Assembly: GCA_905251635.1 (NCBI GenBank)
Contig: CAJNOT010000088.1
Span: 56,086-88,085 of the forward strand
Direction of reading: 5' to 3'
DNA from: Rotaria sordida
Lineage: Eukaryota
Length of the DNA: 32,000 nucleotides
Within the stretch, counting starts at the first letter, position 1, and the number at the start of each line of letters is the position of its first letter. The translations under genes were made by a program, and so were the position numbers. Below are positions 1-10,564 of this stretch, in pieces. The notes beneath the pieces are model-generated. The model saw only the letters and a list, made by a program, of their open reading frames with translations. It did no database searches and was not told the origin of the DNA.

Positions 1-4
1 TCTC

Positions 5-895
5 TTACTTTTCTTTTCGCAAATCTTGTGCACGTTTTTGTTTTTTTTGTATCCAACGTGGTGTTCCTGGTTCTTCACGTGTTCGTTTTAAAAATTCATC
101 AACTAATTAAATAAAAAATAAGAAAATTTAATAATTATTTTATTACATCATATGTCAAGCAAAAAAAGAAACTAGTTATATGAATAGAAGAAGCAAGTAG
201 AAACAGCTACTTACCATTAGCTGTAAAAGTAAAACAAAGAAAACAAAAGTAATGTTAAGTGAGTAATAGTGTACAAAAAAAAAACAACATGTTTTCAAGT
301 ACAACATTTTAACAACCAGTAAAACAACAACTAATATACCCTTTTCTAGAAAATGATCAAGATGAATGTATACTATTTTATCTCTTGAGAGTGTAAGAGA
401 TTTTTACCTCCTCGATAATAACCATCACCTGGATATGGTATTGTTTGTTTAGATTGTGGTAATTTTCGTATATCTAAACGTTGTGCTTGTGGACTAAAAT
501 TATTGGCAATTGATTCGACAGCTGTACGAACATGTTTTTGTTCTTTAAATGGTGCAGCTACTGTCCATGAATCTGTTTGAACTAATGGAGGGTGAGTATT
601 ATGATGAAGAACAACCTAAACAAATACGATCTCTATGTTGGTTTTTTTTTCTTTTACATCTTTTTGATGAATTTTACTTTATACAAGTCCGACACTTCAC
701 CTTGATCACGAGGCCAAGGTGCTAACGGCCTAGCGACACTGCTTGAATAAGGTGTTGTAACTAATGCCTTGAATATAGAATATTATTGATATTTATTTAA
801 ATACAATAGGACATGTTTACCTTAGATTTGTCAACAGATTTTGTCTTCGCAGTAGGGCCATTCTGGTTAGTTGTATGTGATCGTCCGTTGTACAT
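5..895 (-). CDS. Four-exon gene encoding a ~156-aa basic protein of unrecognised family
   Basis: Minus-strand exons are 821-895, 678-767, 408-615 and 5-102. All introns are GT..AG (donors gtaaac, gtaaaa, gtaaaa; acceptors ..ttcaag, ..tgtttag, ..taattag) and the phases are consistent (0, 0, 1). ATG is at 895-893 and TAA at 7-5. Translation: MYNGRSHTTNQNGPTAKTKSVDKSK / ALVTTPYSSSVARPLAPWPRDQGEVSDLYK / VVLHHNTHPPLVQTDSWTVAAPFKEQKHVRTAVESIANNFSPQAQRLDIRKLPQSKQTIPYPGDGYYRG / VDEFLKRTREEPGTPRWIQKKQKRAQDLRKEK*. An optional in-phase 6-nt microexon lies at 215-220. I did not recognise the family. Confidence 0.65.
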
Positions 896-2390
896 TATTA
901 TCAAAATTTTATTTCATACATTCGAGAAAAAATAAATCTAAAAATGGATGATAGATGAACTTGATTTCTACTTTTTTTTTGTTTCGTAACATATAATAGA
1001 AGAATAAAATAAAAAAAAAAAGGTAACCTATGTGTATACTTGAAAATAAGTGTTTTTGTTCAGGGTTGATGCAACAGTTTTTTTTTTCGATCGTATTGCC
1101 ATTGAAATACAAAGTTGCTTAACAACGATCTCTTTGTTGGCAAATTTAATCATCAATAGCGCCATCTGGTTAATAACAATGTGTTTTAGATAAGGCTTGA
1201 CTTATCTTGAAAATGTTCTTCCTTAAATCTTAAATTTGTCTTTAATTGTATGAGCAGGAATTATAAAATAGATATTCCAGAATAAAGAAAGAGAAAAGAT
1301 TGATTAGTTCTTTTTTTTCTCAAAATATTTTTACCGGTGATTGACAGCCGGGCACTGTTTTTTTTTATCGTCGTCAATAAGAGTAGAAGAACGATGAGGT
1401 ACAAATAAAAAAAAATTATTTCTAGAAACTTTAGAAATTACTTCTTTCATGATACTAAAAGAACAATGCACTACCGTTTTCTTTTTTACAACGATCGACA
1501 TGTTGCTGTTTTATATGCAATGAAAGAATCCTTTGAAAAAAAACTATGATTTTAGTCGGGAAGTTAATTATTCTCGTATATTTTTTGCCTTTCAGTAATC
1601 GAAATAGATGTTAAAACTCAATGAATATTTTATATTGATGAATGAGAATTGTTACGACATTTGAGTTTCACTCGACTGCGAAGCTTGAAATGTTGATTAT
1701 CGAAAATATCGATCTGTCATAAAAAAGTAAATGATCATTTTGACGATTTATCATAAAACGCTTCTCTCTCCAAGATATGTATCCATCAATCAATTGATCA
1801 AAATGAAAACAAAAAGTAGCTAGACTGCTGATTGATTATTCATAGCTGTCTTTGATAAGAGTAAAACGAGTATTAACAAAATTTGGTTACTCTCATCATT
1901 TTAATTATCTCGATGTTTGACAAAAATCTGTCTTCTTTGGATGGCTTTCTCTAATAAAATGAAACATCATATTAAAGGTTGAAAAAACGAATGATATAGA
2001 TATATGAATTCGGTGCGAAGCGATCTGAGTTTTCGGCAATGGAGTTTGAATTAACATAAGAACGATAAATGATTTCATCTAGAATCGATCCTGTTCTGTA
2101 GAAGGTTTTCATTATCTCGGGTAAAAGATGGAGACCAAATCATAGTTTTGTGAAACTTATTGAAAATGAACAAAAACTTATATGGAAGATTGAAAAATAT
2201 TTTTTATAGTGGTTCGCCAGTCTCTAGATCATCGCGACACAAAGTCCAGATTTTGTTACAGCATAGTGCGGAGGATGAATGCGTACGCGACCAACTATAT
2301 AAATGTTGCGTTTCGCACTGCATTAAATTTGATAAAGAACCATTCTTTTTCTTTTTTTGTTGCACCACATTTGTGCAATACTCTTAGTCC

Positions 2391-3607
2391 ATGGCAACAC
2401 AATATAGAACATTTGATTCTGGTCTTTTACAAAAAGCATGGTTTCACTTAAATGAATATCATGATTTTTATTGTATGGCACGTTATCGCAAGAAAATCGA
2501 AGAACAACTTCGTAATGCTAATATTCCGTTGACATATGTTCCATGGAAATCGATGGTTCGTACATTACTTTGTCAAAGTTTATTTAGTGATAAACAATTA
2601 AAAGAAATGAATGTTCATACTGATGAGTGTTGTACAGAAGTTGATATTGCTTCGAGTCAAGCTTGTGTTAATTTTCTACTTGATAACAGTCAACAAGACG
2701 AAAAAAGTTTAACCGAAACATGGTTTGAAATTAATGAATTGAAAGAATGTTTTCAAAAAGCTATTAACATTTTGCCGGCTAATCGACATGCACGAAAAGA
2801 GATGTTATATAAAATCTTAGGTTATCCAACAGGTAAGAAAAAAAATAGAATTTTAATATCGAAATTTGAATTGATATTTATGTATTTTCTATAGGATATT
2901 CTGAAGAAGAAACAGATTATTATTTAAACAACAATAATGATGAATCATTGGATTTAACCAGTGTTCTTTCAATTGATGAACAATATCAAATGCATACAGG
3001 TGATCTCATTGAATTCAGTGGAAATCGATTACATGATGCATTTTATATATATCGTTTACCTAAAAAAGGTATTTGGGCTCAAATTCAACAAATGTGGTCA
3101 AAACACCAGATTACAAATTTCATATTTAATAATACAGTAACAGATCCTAAAGAAGAAGAGATTATTCTTGTTCCAGCCATGGATGAATATGGTTATGGTG
3201 TTCCTTATTTATTTGCTACAAGACCAACAGAATTATTACCTGATGGTGCTCTTCATAAATATGTTGACATCAATTGCCCTCTTGTATCTATGCATAAACA
3301 AAATCCAACGATTGCACTTGTACAACAACATCTTAATGAACGTTTAAAAAATCCTGTATATCAAGATAAATACATGAATGTCGAAATGAGTGTAGAATTA
3401 GATAGATTTCCACAAGAATATGTTGCTTTTGTACATATAAATGATGCACCTAAAGATAATGTTTTATGGGTACAACGTGTTCATTACAACGGCAAGGAAA
3501 TTGCTCGAGATTTAAATGATAATTTAGAAATCTTTTTTTCACGTCGAATTCTGGAATCCGAAGAACAATACAAAGAAAAACAAAAATTTAATATATCATC
3601 ACATTGA
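2391..3607 (+). CDS. Two-exon gene encoding a ~385-aa protein of unrecognised family
   Basis: Exon 1 is 2391-2832 (ATG in context gtccATGG) and ends ..GYPT/G before gtaaga. The intron is 62 nt and ends ttttctatag. Exon 2 is 2895-3607 and joins in phase 1, running into the 219-aa ORF frame (..GYSEEETDYYLNNNNDESLDLTSVLSIDEQ..). Stop TGA is at 3605-3607. An AATAAA at 3607-3612 overlaps the stop. Confidence 0.8.
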
Positions 3608-3612
3608 ATAAA
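3607..3612 (+). terminator. Poly(A) signal AATAAA overlapping the stop codon of the 2391-3607 gene
   Basis: The sequence cattGAATAAAtc places the hexamer so that it shares the A of the TGA stop. Confidence 0.5.
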
Positions 3613-4489
3613 TCAAAAATAATATTGATAGTCATTTTTTTAAAAAATAATACAGGCAATATTTAGATATGTATATAGAAAGAGTTGTCTTTCTACGATA
3701 AAAAAACATAGACAACAGAACGTACTGAATCTAGAACATGCTCAAAGACAGTTAGTGCTTCTTATTTCCAACTAGTATTTTGCACTTTGTAAAGTTATTG
3801 CAGTTCAGAAAAAATGTGCACTTAAAGAACCACACCAACGTTTGTCGCCATTTTATTTCGACTCCCGAAAGAAGAGTTTTCGTCCTATTTTACTGGAAAA
3901 CAGAATAATAATGAAGCAGCAGTATTCAAAAAGAGAAAAGAAACTAGATGGCGATACGATGGAAAGCTACAAATGTCGATCATCAAAAAAATAGATATCT
4001 CATTAAAAAACGAATAATCGTTTCTACAACTATTGGTACAATGCTTTTCCCATGTGATTCTAAAAAACATTGCCAATTTTTCGTTTAATTATCTATATGA
4101 TTTATTATTTATGGTCATCTATTCTTGAGCTGTTATAGGTAAAACTAGCTTATCGAATAGACTGGTATCTAATTCTTTATGCTGTCTTCATTTTAATCAC
4201 CTCAAAGCTACGAAAACAACAAAGTTCACAAAAAAGGGGAGCTCATTATAAGCAAAATCGTCTGTATTCCCTCATAAAATCCATTTTTATCTTATCTGTT
4301 TTTGTCATTTTGACTGTCAGAAATCTTTGACTAATTTTAAATAAAAGCTCTCTACAATACGAAGCTTTGAAAAATGCATACTATATATATTATTTATGAA
4401 AAAGGGACTATATCTTCATAGTTTCATATCTTAGAGAGATTTTATTCAAAACTTCTGAAATTTTTTATGCAAACTAGTCTAGCTGAGGC

Positions 4490-5500
4490 CTTTATGCAGG
4501 CAAAGTTTCAGATCAAAATTCGAAAGTATAGCTTTGCTGCCAATGTAGGCGTACTATAGAGAAAATTCACTAGGAGCTCGATATCTCCTCATAAACAAGC
4601 CAGAAACCCGAACTTTTTTAATCATAGACACAGCTCACTATGGGCTACAAGATGCGCGAAATCTCGACTGAAAAATGCTTCGGTATCTGGCAATGTTCCC
4701 TCGTTAGCCGCTGAAGACAAAGAAAAACTTTTAACAGTTTGAAACTCGAGTTTCCCGTATAGCTCTTATTCACTTATAACGAAGAAGTACTACTTCAAGT
4801 CGTTGGCAATGTAGGGTTCAACATTTAATCCCAAGTTTTTCAGTCTTGGTCTATAGGTTTGTATCACATCTAAAATAATACTTCAACAACTTTTTTTGGA
4901 TAATCTCTCTTGAATTATGCTCTGATTCATATGATTTATAGGATCCGGTCCTGGCAAATTTTTTTTCTCGTAATCCCCGTCCCACATATCTCTAGTTTGG
5001 ATCCTTAACTTATAGCTGCTGGATATTGCATTTTTACGGATTTTTTTAAAGTCAATATTGTGGTCCCTTCAGCCATATGAAGAAAATTCGTTTGCGAATC
5101 TCGACTTGAAACTTTGTACAAAGACAGATTTTAACCAAAATAGTTTATTGTAAAAGTTCCCGATCTTTTAATTTGCTCCTTTCCTGAAATACGAACATAA
5201 TATCTATCGGTGCATATAAGCAGTGTAAAAGACAAACTTTTATCATAGATGTATCTTGGGATAGAAACAACGAAAATATCTGATATTTTTACAATAAACT
5301 ATTTTTGGTGAGATCAGTCTATATCGAAAGTTTCAAATTGAAATTCGAAGATCAGTTTTCCTTATGTTCCTGATGGGGACCACGACATTGTGCTAAAAAG
5401 ATTCAATATCTCGGCAGCAAGAAGCTAAGAATCCGAACTCTTTTCAACGTATTCATAGCTCATTAAGGTCTACATGAAGCACATCATTTTGATTCAGAAG
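4490..5500. repeat. Cluster of related dispersed-repeat units, including a ~450-bp foldback (arms ~4994-5154 and ~5284-5445, loop ~5155-5283)
   Basis: The reverse complement of 5284-5445 aligns by eye with 4994-5154, for example ..gaaactttgtacaaagacagattttaaccaaaatagtttattgtaaaag versus ..gaaactttcgatatagactgatctcaccaaaaatagtttattgtaaaaa. A further unit in direct orientation lies at ~4501-4660 (caaagtttcagatcaaaattcgaaag.. / ..aacccgaacttttttaatcatagacacagctcactatgggctaca). The same family recurs at 31064-31235, and its core recurs in the arms at 24923-25458. Confidence 0.75.
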
Positions 5501-5748
5501 TAATTAATCAATTTGGATACTTCCCTCATCAACCTACAATACTTGAATCTAGGGTAGGCTGACGTCTGCCTAATCCTGATGGGTCCATCGCCTATGATAA
5601 TAAATAACTATTTTCTATCGAATCAAGTTCTTTTTATTGTTGTTTTTTTTCAAAGAATATTAATCGTGATAGAAATAGATGATTTAATACGCACAGAAGT
5701 ACATTTTACAAGAAAAATATAAACAAGACAAAAAAATAAGAAGTTCCT

Positions 5749-7629
5749 TCAAAAACCATATTTAGCTTGAGTTTGTCTTTTGGTTAATTTCTGTTCACTC
5801 CACATATTTTTCAATTGAAGATCATCATGCTGAGCCTAGAATACAAAAGAAATAAATAAACTATATATAATGAATAGATTTTTATTTACTTTAGCAATGA
5901 GATAAGTAAGTTGTCCTCGTTTTTTCGTTTCTCCTTTAGGTACATGAATTGCCGCTTGTGCCATCATAGTTTCACGTTCTTCAGTTGCATTTTTAAGTAA
6001 TTGTAATCGTGCACTGTCACCTAACATTGAATCAATGTGTACATGTTTGATTTTTTTATAATGTTCACTTTTCGGTAGATAACGTAAAAGCTTAAGAAAG
6101 AAAGAAAGAAAAAAGTAAAAATAAAAATTATTATGAAAAATGATTTACTTCATCATCATTATTGATTTGTTGATTATTCATTTCTTCATCATTATTATCA
6201 AGATCTTCAAATTCTACTGATGGATTTGGTAATGATGGTTCTTCAATAACAGTGGGTCGGGCTTTTGGAAAAGTTTCACGTAAAACACTTTCAACATCAG
6301 TATTTGTTATTTGAATTTGATTTGATTTAGTTAAACCAAGAAAATCTGTTTGATCATTATCATCATCTTCAATATCACTATCATTTTTCATTTGTTCATT
6401 TGATTGATTAGATATCGTTGTTGAAGATTTCTTTTGTTGTTGTTTTTTATTAAGTGTATATGGCATAAATAAACCTGTTGAACTTATTTGAGGAGTTGTC
6501 GTTGAGGAAGTTTTAATTGTAGATAGACTTGGTGTTGGTTTACCTTCATCATGTATTGGGGCAGGAAGTGCATCCAATAATGCACAATTCTATAAAATAA
6601 TTGATAGTTTTAAAAATTCTGATAAAGAGGAATTAGGAATGTCTCAAGCTAAAATTTGTAAAAAGAATGCTTTTCACCATTAGATAGAGCATGTCTCAAA
6701 GGATATGACAATGTGACTTTTATTTTTTGCACTTAACTTTTGTTTACAAGAGAACCATCTGAGGTGATATCTCGTGTTTAAAATGAGATTAGAAGAAACT
6801 TCGAAGGATTCTTCCCTATGTAATGGCCTAAAAGTTTACCCATAAATAGCTCTTGAAGTTATTAGAATCTTCTAAAAATTTCAGCCGAAAAGATTGGTCT
6901 CTCCTCGCGATATCAAGTCCACAAAAACATATGATATTCCAGTAAAAGAATGAAAATCTAGATTTTTTGTGGATTTGATATCTCAAGAAGAGAACAATCT
7001 TTCTGGCTGAAATATTTAGAAGTCCTTCTAGTTTCAACAGCCCTATGTAATAATTGGGAGGTCTTATCTCAAACGCAAGGTATCATCTGGCAACATTCCT
7101 GAAAGAAATGACTTACTCGTTTCGTAGTGGTTGGTTTTCTTTTTGGTCTATCTTCTTCATCTGAATCCTGGAATGAAAAATATATTTAGATAAAAAAACA
7201 AAATGAGATGATGATTTTTACTTCTTCAATAGTTGGAATAAAAATTTTAACTGGTCCATCACGTTTTCGTTTGATTGGTTTTGGTAATTGAGGAATATTT
7301 TTTGCATATTCTTTATTATCTCCACGAACAATATCTTCTAATTCATATTCAATAAATTCAGTTGGATTTATATTTGTATTTAATGAAGAACTATCTTGAG
7401 GTTTAGGAAGATTTGCTAATAGAGTAGAAGATGATTGAGTATTTGTTTCTATAGGATATTCATCATCATCATCATCATCGATGATTATATTTGATGAAGA
7501 ATGTGAAGGAGCTGGCAGATGAAGTCGACGAGTCATTGATGATTTTGAATCTGTTGTTGTTGCTTGAATATTATCATTATTATTATCTTCTTCTTCACTT
7601 GAATCACCTTCATAATTTACAAGTGACAT
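5749..7629 (-). CDS. PRCC: PRCC (proline-rich mitotic checkpoint / pre-mRNA splicing factor) homologue, 5 exons, ~395 aa
   Basis: Minus-strand exons are 7222-7629, 7117-7167, 6149-6589, 5890-6090 and 5749-5835, all GT..AG and all phase 0. The N-terminus MSLVNYEGDSSEEED matches the PRCC start MSLVAY.SSD.SE as I remember it. Other matching segments are LPKPIKRKRDGPVKI, the DSDEEDRPK exon and ALLDALPAP. The C-terminus ..KKRGQLTYLIAK / AQHDDLQLKNMWSEQKLTKRQTQAKYGF* matches the conserved PRCC C-terminus (..HQITYLIHQAKERELELKN.WSENKL.RRQTQAKYGF). Confidence 0.9.
6863..7030. repeat. Foldback (hairpin) repeat inside the 527-nt PRCC intron
   Basis: Left arm 6863-6927 is tagaatcttctaaaaatttcagccgaaaagattggtctctcctcgcgatatcaagtccacaaaaa. 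The reverse complement of 6964-7030 is tagaaggacttctaaatatttcagccagaaagattgttctcttcttgagatatcaaatccacaaaaa. Confidence 0.8.
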
Positions 7630-7717
7630 TTTTATCTAAAATATCTATCAAAGAAAATTTTCTAAACTGAATTTTAACAAAAAATGTATCATAAAAAAAC
7701 AAAAAAAAAACAAAACA
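7630..7717 (-). promoter_or_regulatory. 88-nt U-rich spacer between the MRPS16 stop and the PRCC ATG, with acceptor-like AGs (candidate intercistronic region / trans-splice site)
   Basis: Minus-strand sequence: TGAtgttttgtttttttttttgtttttttatgatacattttttgttaaaattcag tttag aaaattttctttgatag atattttag ataaaaATG. The last AG (7637-7636) lies 6 nt upstream of the ATG. Confidence 0.4.
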
Positions 7718-8442
7718 TCATGCTGTATCTTCTTGTTTTTCCTCTTCATCTTTTTTTTCTGGATATCTTAAACGATTTTCAGCTATTTTTCTTGCTCGAT
7801 ATGCATTAACATAATCAGCAGGATCAACAGGAAAAAAACCACAACGTCCTAATTGAATTAAAAAAAAAAAGAAAACAAATCATTATATTTGAATAAAAAA
7901 TAAAACTAATAGAAATATTTTTTTACCAAGTAATTTTTGTACCCAAGGATTAATAACAACACCTTCAGTACCAATCCAATATCGAAGTCGTTTTAAATTA
8001 AGTGCAACTAAAACTTCATTTTTATCATTAGGCATTGAATCATATGAACCGAGATTTTCAATAATTTCATTCGCATTTGGTGAATGTTTCATTCGTTGAA
8101 CTACAATACGATCAAATCGACGATTTTTACAACCAATATTTTGTAAACGAATTTCATAGGGACCTAAATCATCGACTGGTGTTATATCAGGAGGTGGTCT
8201 TAAGATAAGAATTAGAAAATTTTATTTTTGAAAAATAATACAATATAATAAGTATACCCATGTTTAAATGTGAATACTGTTCCTGTTGAATCAATAACAG
8301 TTTTTTCTTCTTTGATAGTTGCTGATGGTAATTCAACAGGAGTAGGAGGATTTACTGGTGGTGCTGTACGTACATAACGTTTACAAATAGAGACTAAACA
8401 TGTTAATGGTGCTGGTCGAATAAGAAGAAATTTATCTAACAT
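7718..8442 (-). CDS. MRPS16: Mitochondrial small-subunit ribosomal protein bS16m (MRPS16), 3 exons, ~195 aa
   Basis: Minus-strand exons are 8258-8442, 7927-8198 and 7718-7848, with donors gtatac and gtaaaa and phases 2 and 1. The sequence ..IRLQNIGCKNRRFDRIVVQRMKHSPNANEIIENLGSYDSMPNDKNEVLVALNLKRLRYWIGTEGVVINPWVQKLLG / RCGFFPVDP.. parallels human MRPS16 (IRLALGGCTNRPFYRIVAA...[54 protein letters not shown]). The N-terminal ~60 aa is Pro/Arg-rich and looks like a presequence. Confidence 0.9.
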
Positions 8443-9002
8443 CTTAAATAATAAATAATTGTTTTTGAATAAAATTAAAACAATAAACTGATCATAATTT
8501 TCTTGTTAAAGAAAAAACAAGGAATAGTGAAATTATGAGATCTTCAACACTGAAAACATTAGTTGAATCTTTGTAGCAATAAGAGTTTTACGTAAGTCTA
8601 ATTCCATAATAAAATATACGAGAAAAATAACACACAAATTTTCTGGATGGTTGTACAATCTGGAAAATAGTCTGGTTGGTTTTTAAAAAATGTTCAATAG
8701 ATGACGCACATTATCATTACAGAAAAATTTTACATTAGAAGAACATATTTCACTCAACTAGAAAATTTTTACGAATCCATTCATAATAAATGATATATTG
8801 GACATTGACTATTTAAGCGAGAAGTTTAAATAATTTCCAAAACAAATAATTTTATGTAAAAAATTGTCAAATCGATATACACTGTTAACTCGCAAATGAA
8901 GAAAACCTAAGAGCATATGAGTGCAAGTTACAATTTGACTGAGATACTGACATTTTACTATAGTTTTTTCACCAGGACCCCATTTTTGCTGTAGAATCAA
9001 AA

Positions 9003-9107
9003 TTTCTGAATTTTTGGACGAATTATCTTCAATGTAGCAGTTTGTTAGCGTAAAGACGCTGCTTTATGGATCATATCTCGAAGATGATTTGTCCAAAAAT
9101 TCTGAAA
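9003..9107. repeat. Short hairpin repeat (~40-bp arms)
   Basis: Left arm starting at 9003 is tttctgaatttttggacgaattatcttc... The reverse complement of 9059-9107 is tttcagaatttttggacaaatcatcttc... A third, degenerate copy of the arm lies near 9198-9225. Confidence 0.7.
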
Positions 9108-9900
9108 GTCTGAACTTTATGTTCTTTTCGAATGTGGGCTCAAAAATTTTGTAGAACTAATGGCTTGAAAGTTATGAACCGACCTCTTCGAGGCCTGTAA
9201 ATTCAGTTTTGGACGAGCTTCCGCATATCAAAGCTTACTCAAAGTAGGAGAAGTTAAAATTATTTGAAATACAGTGCATAAAAGAGCAAACATTTCTCTA
9301 TAGAATGGTATACTAATGATTAATTTGCTCTAAGTCATTTGCCAACTGTGAGTATTTTGGTAAGGGACATCGTGTCAATTTTCTCGATTTCTATGAGAAA
9401 CAGACTTGTAAAATGAGTTTGATCATTTCCTGAATGATTGTTCTGAAACTCTTGAGTCTCATATCACTGTATAGAAAATAATTTCGTCTTTAATTCTATG
9501 CAAGACAATCAATAATATAACATATGTAGTAAAGAAGACTATTGCTGCAGAACAACGTCAACTTTGACACCTCTAAAACTTCTAAATCACAGAGAAATTT
9601 TGAACCTAAATTCGAAAACAATACAAAATTTGTATTCTAACTCAATGTTTTCAAATTTCTGTAATCTTCTTTAAGCTGCTGAAAAATGAATAAACATTTT
9701 ATCAAATTTTTTTTTTTGATCACCCGTTAGTATTCTTCGATATCTCGTCTAAATAGAAACATATATTAACGTTTTTATGTTCGATCCTTTTTTTTCTTTA
9801 TTAATAATATTGTTTTTTGAATTTAATGTATTTTTCAATCTTGTCTAAAATTATTAGCTATTCAAATTGATGAAAACATAATCTAAGTCTGTTCGTTCTT

Positions 9901-10530
9901 ACAATGGAGGTTCGTGTACTGTAACCGAGCTAGACTTGATATTTTAGCATCAAAAGATAGCTCTCATCGTCAAACTAACAAGGTTAAAATATTAGCGGCT
10001 GTTGACTTGTCTAGAAGGAGATATTCGATTTTTACTGTATTTACAGTATATGTAGGATGGCTACAATTGAAAATTTTGATAGAATTTATTTTTCTTTTTT
10101 CATGATGATTGGATAGAGCTCGTCGAGTTGCATTAGAAAAAGTATGTTTCAAATTTCAAAAAGAGATTTTAAAAAATCTTGAACGAAGGATCCAACTTAC
10201 TGTTATGTTCAAATATAAGAAAAAATACATGCAAAATTTCGATGGTTCGCAAATTTTTTTAAAACCTCTTTTTAAAATTTGAAACACATTTTATCCAATG
10301 CAACTTGACGAGCTCTATCTAACCATCATGAAAAAAGAAAAATAAATTCTATCAAAATTTTCAATTGTAGCCATCCTACATATACTGTAAATACAGTAAA
10401 AATCGAATATCTCCTTCTAGACAAGTCAACAGCCGCTAATATTTTAACCTTGTTAGTTTGACGATGAGAGCTATCTTTTGATGCTAAAATATCAAGTCTA
10501 GCTCGGTTACAGTACACGAACCTCCATTGT
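9901..10530. repeat. 630-bp palindrome / foldback element whose outer 207 bp of each arm are identical
   Basis: 9901-10107 is the exact reverse complement of 10324-10530. The ORF track confirms this with identical 63-aa ORFs at 9914-10105 (+) and 10326-10517 (-). The symmetry centre is 10215/10216. The inner arm segments (10108-10170 versus 10261-10323) are only about 80 % identical. The central ~90 bp is unique. Confidence 0.95.
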
Positions 10531-10564
10531 TAGTACAGTCGTATTTATATAAATTTATATGTTC

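Noticed and set aside
909-2451. Short ORFs at 909-1112 (minus), 2160-2387 and 2209-2451 (plus) in the divergent intergenic region
   Set aside because: They are low-complexity, AT-driven ORFs with no splice partners. 2209-2451 overlaps the true start at 2391 out of frame.
5836-6027. The M-initiated 63-aa ORF taken at face value as a small gene
   Set aside because: It is the internal part of PRCC exon 4 (5890-6090) plus read-through into the following intron. The real exon starts at an acceptor at 6090 and ends at the donor after ..TYLIAK.
9003-9030. AATTTTTGG, an Sm-site-like motif that might mark a spliced-leader or snRNA gene
   Set aside because: There is no upstream leader with a GT donor and no flanking stem-loops typical of SL RNA or snRNA. 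The motif is part of both arms of a hairpin repeat.
9914-10517. Two identical 63-aa ORFs (9914-10105 plus, 10326-10517 minus) that could be read as a duplicated small gene
   Set aside because: They are the same sequence read from the two arms of a perfect palindrome. The peptide (MYCNRARLDILASKDSS...) is low-information, has no motif, and its start is not an ATG in a credible context. The identity is explained by the inverted repeat, not by coding constraint.
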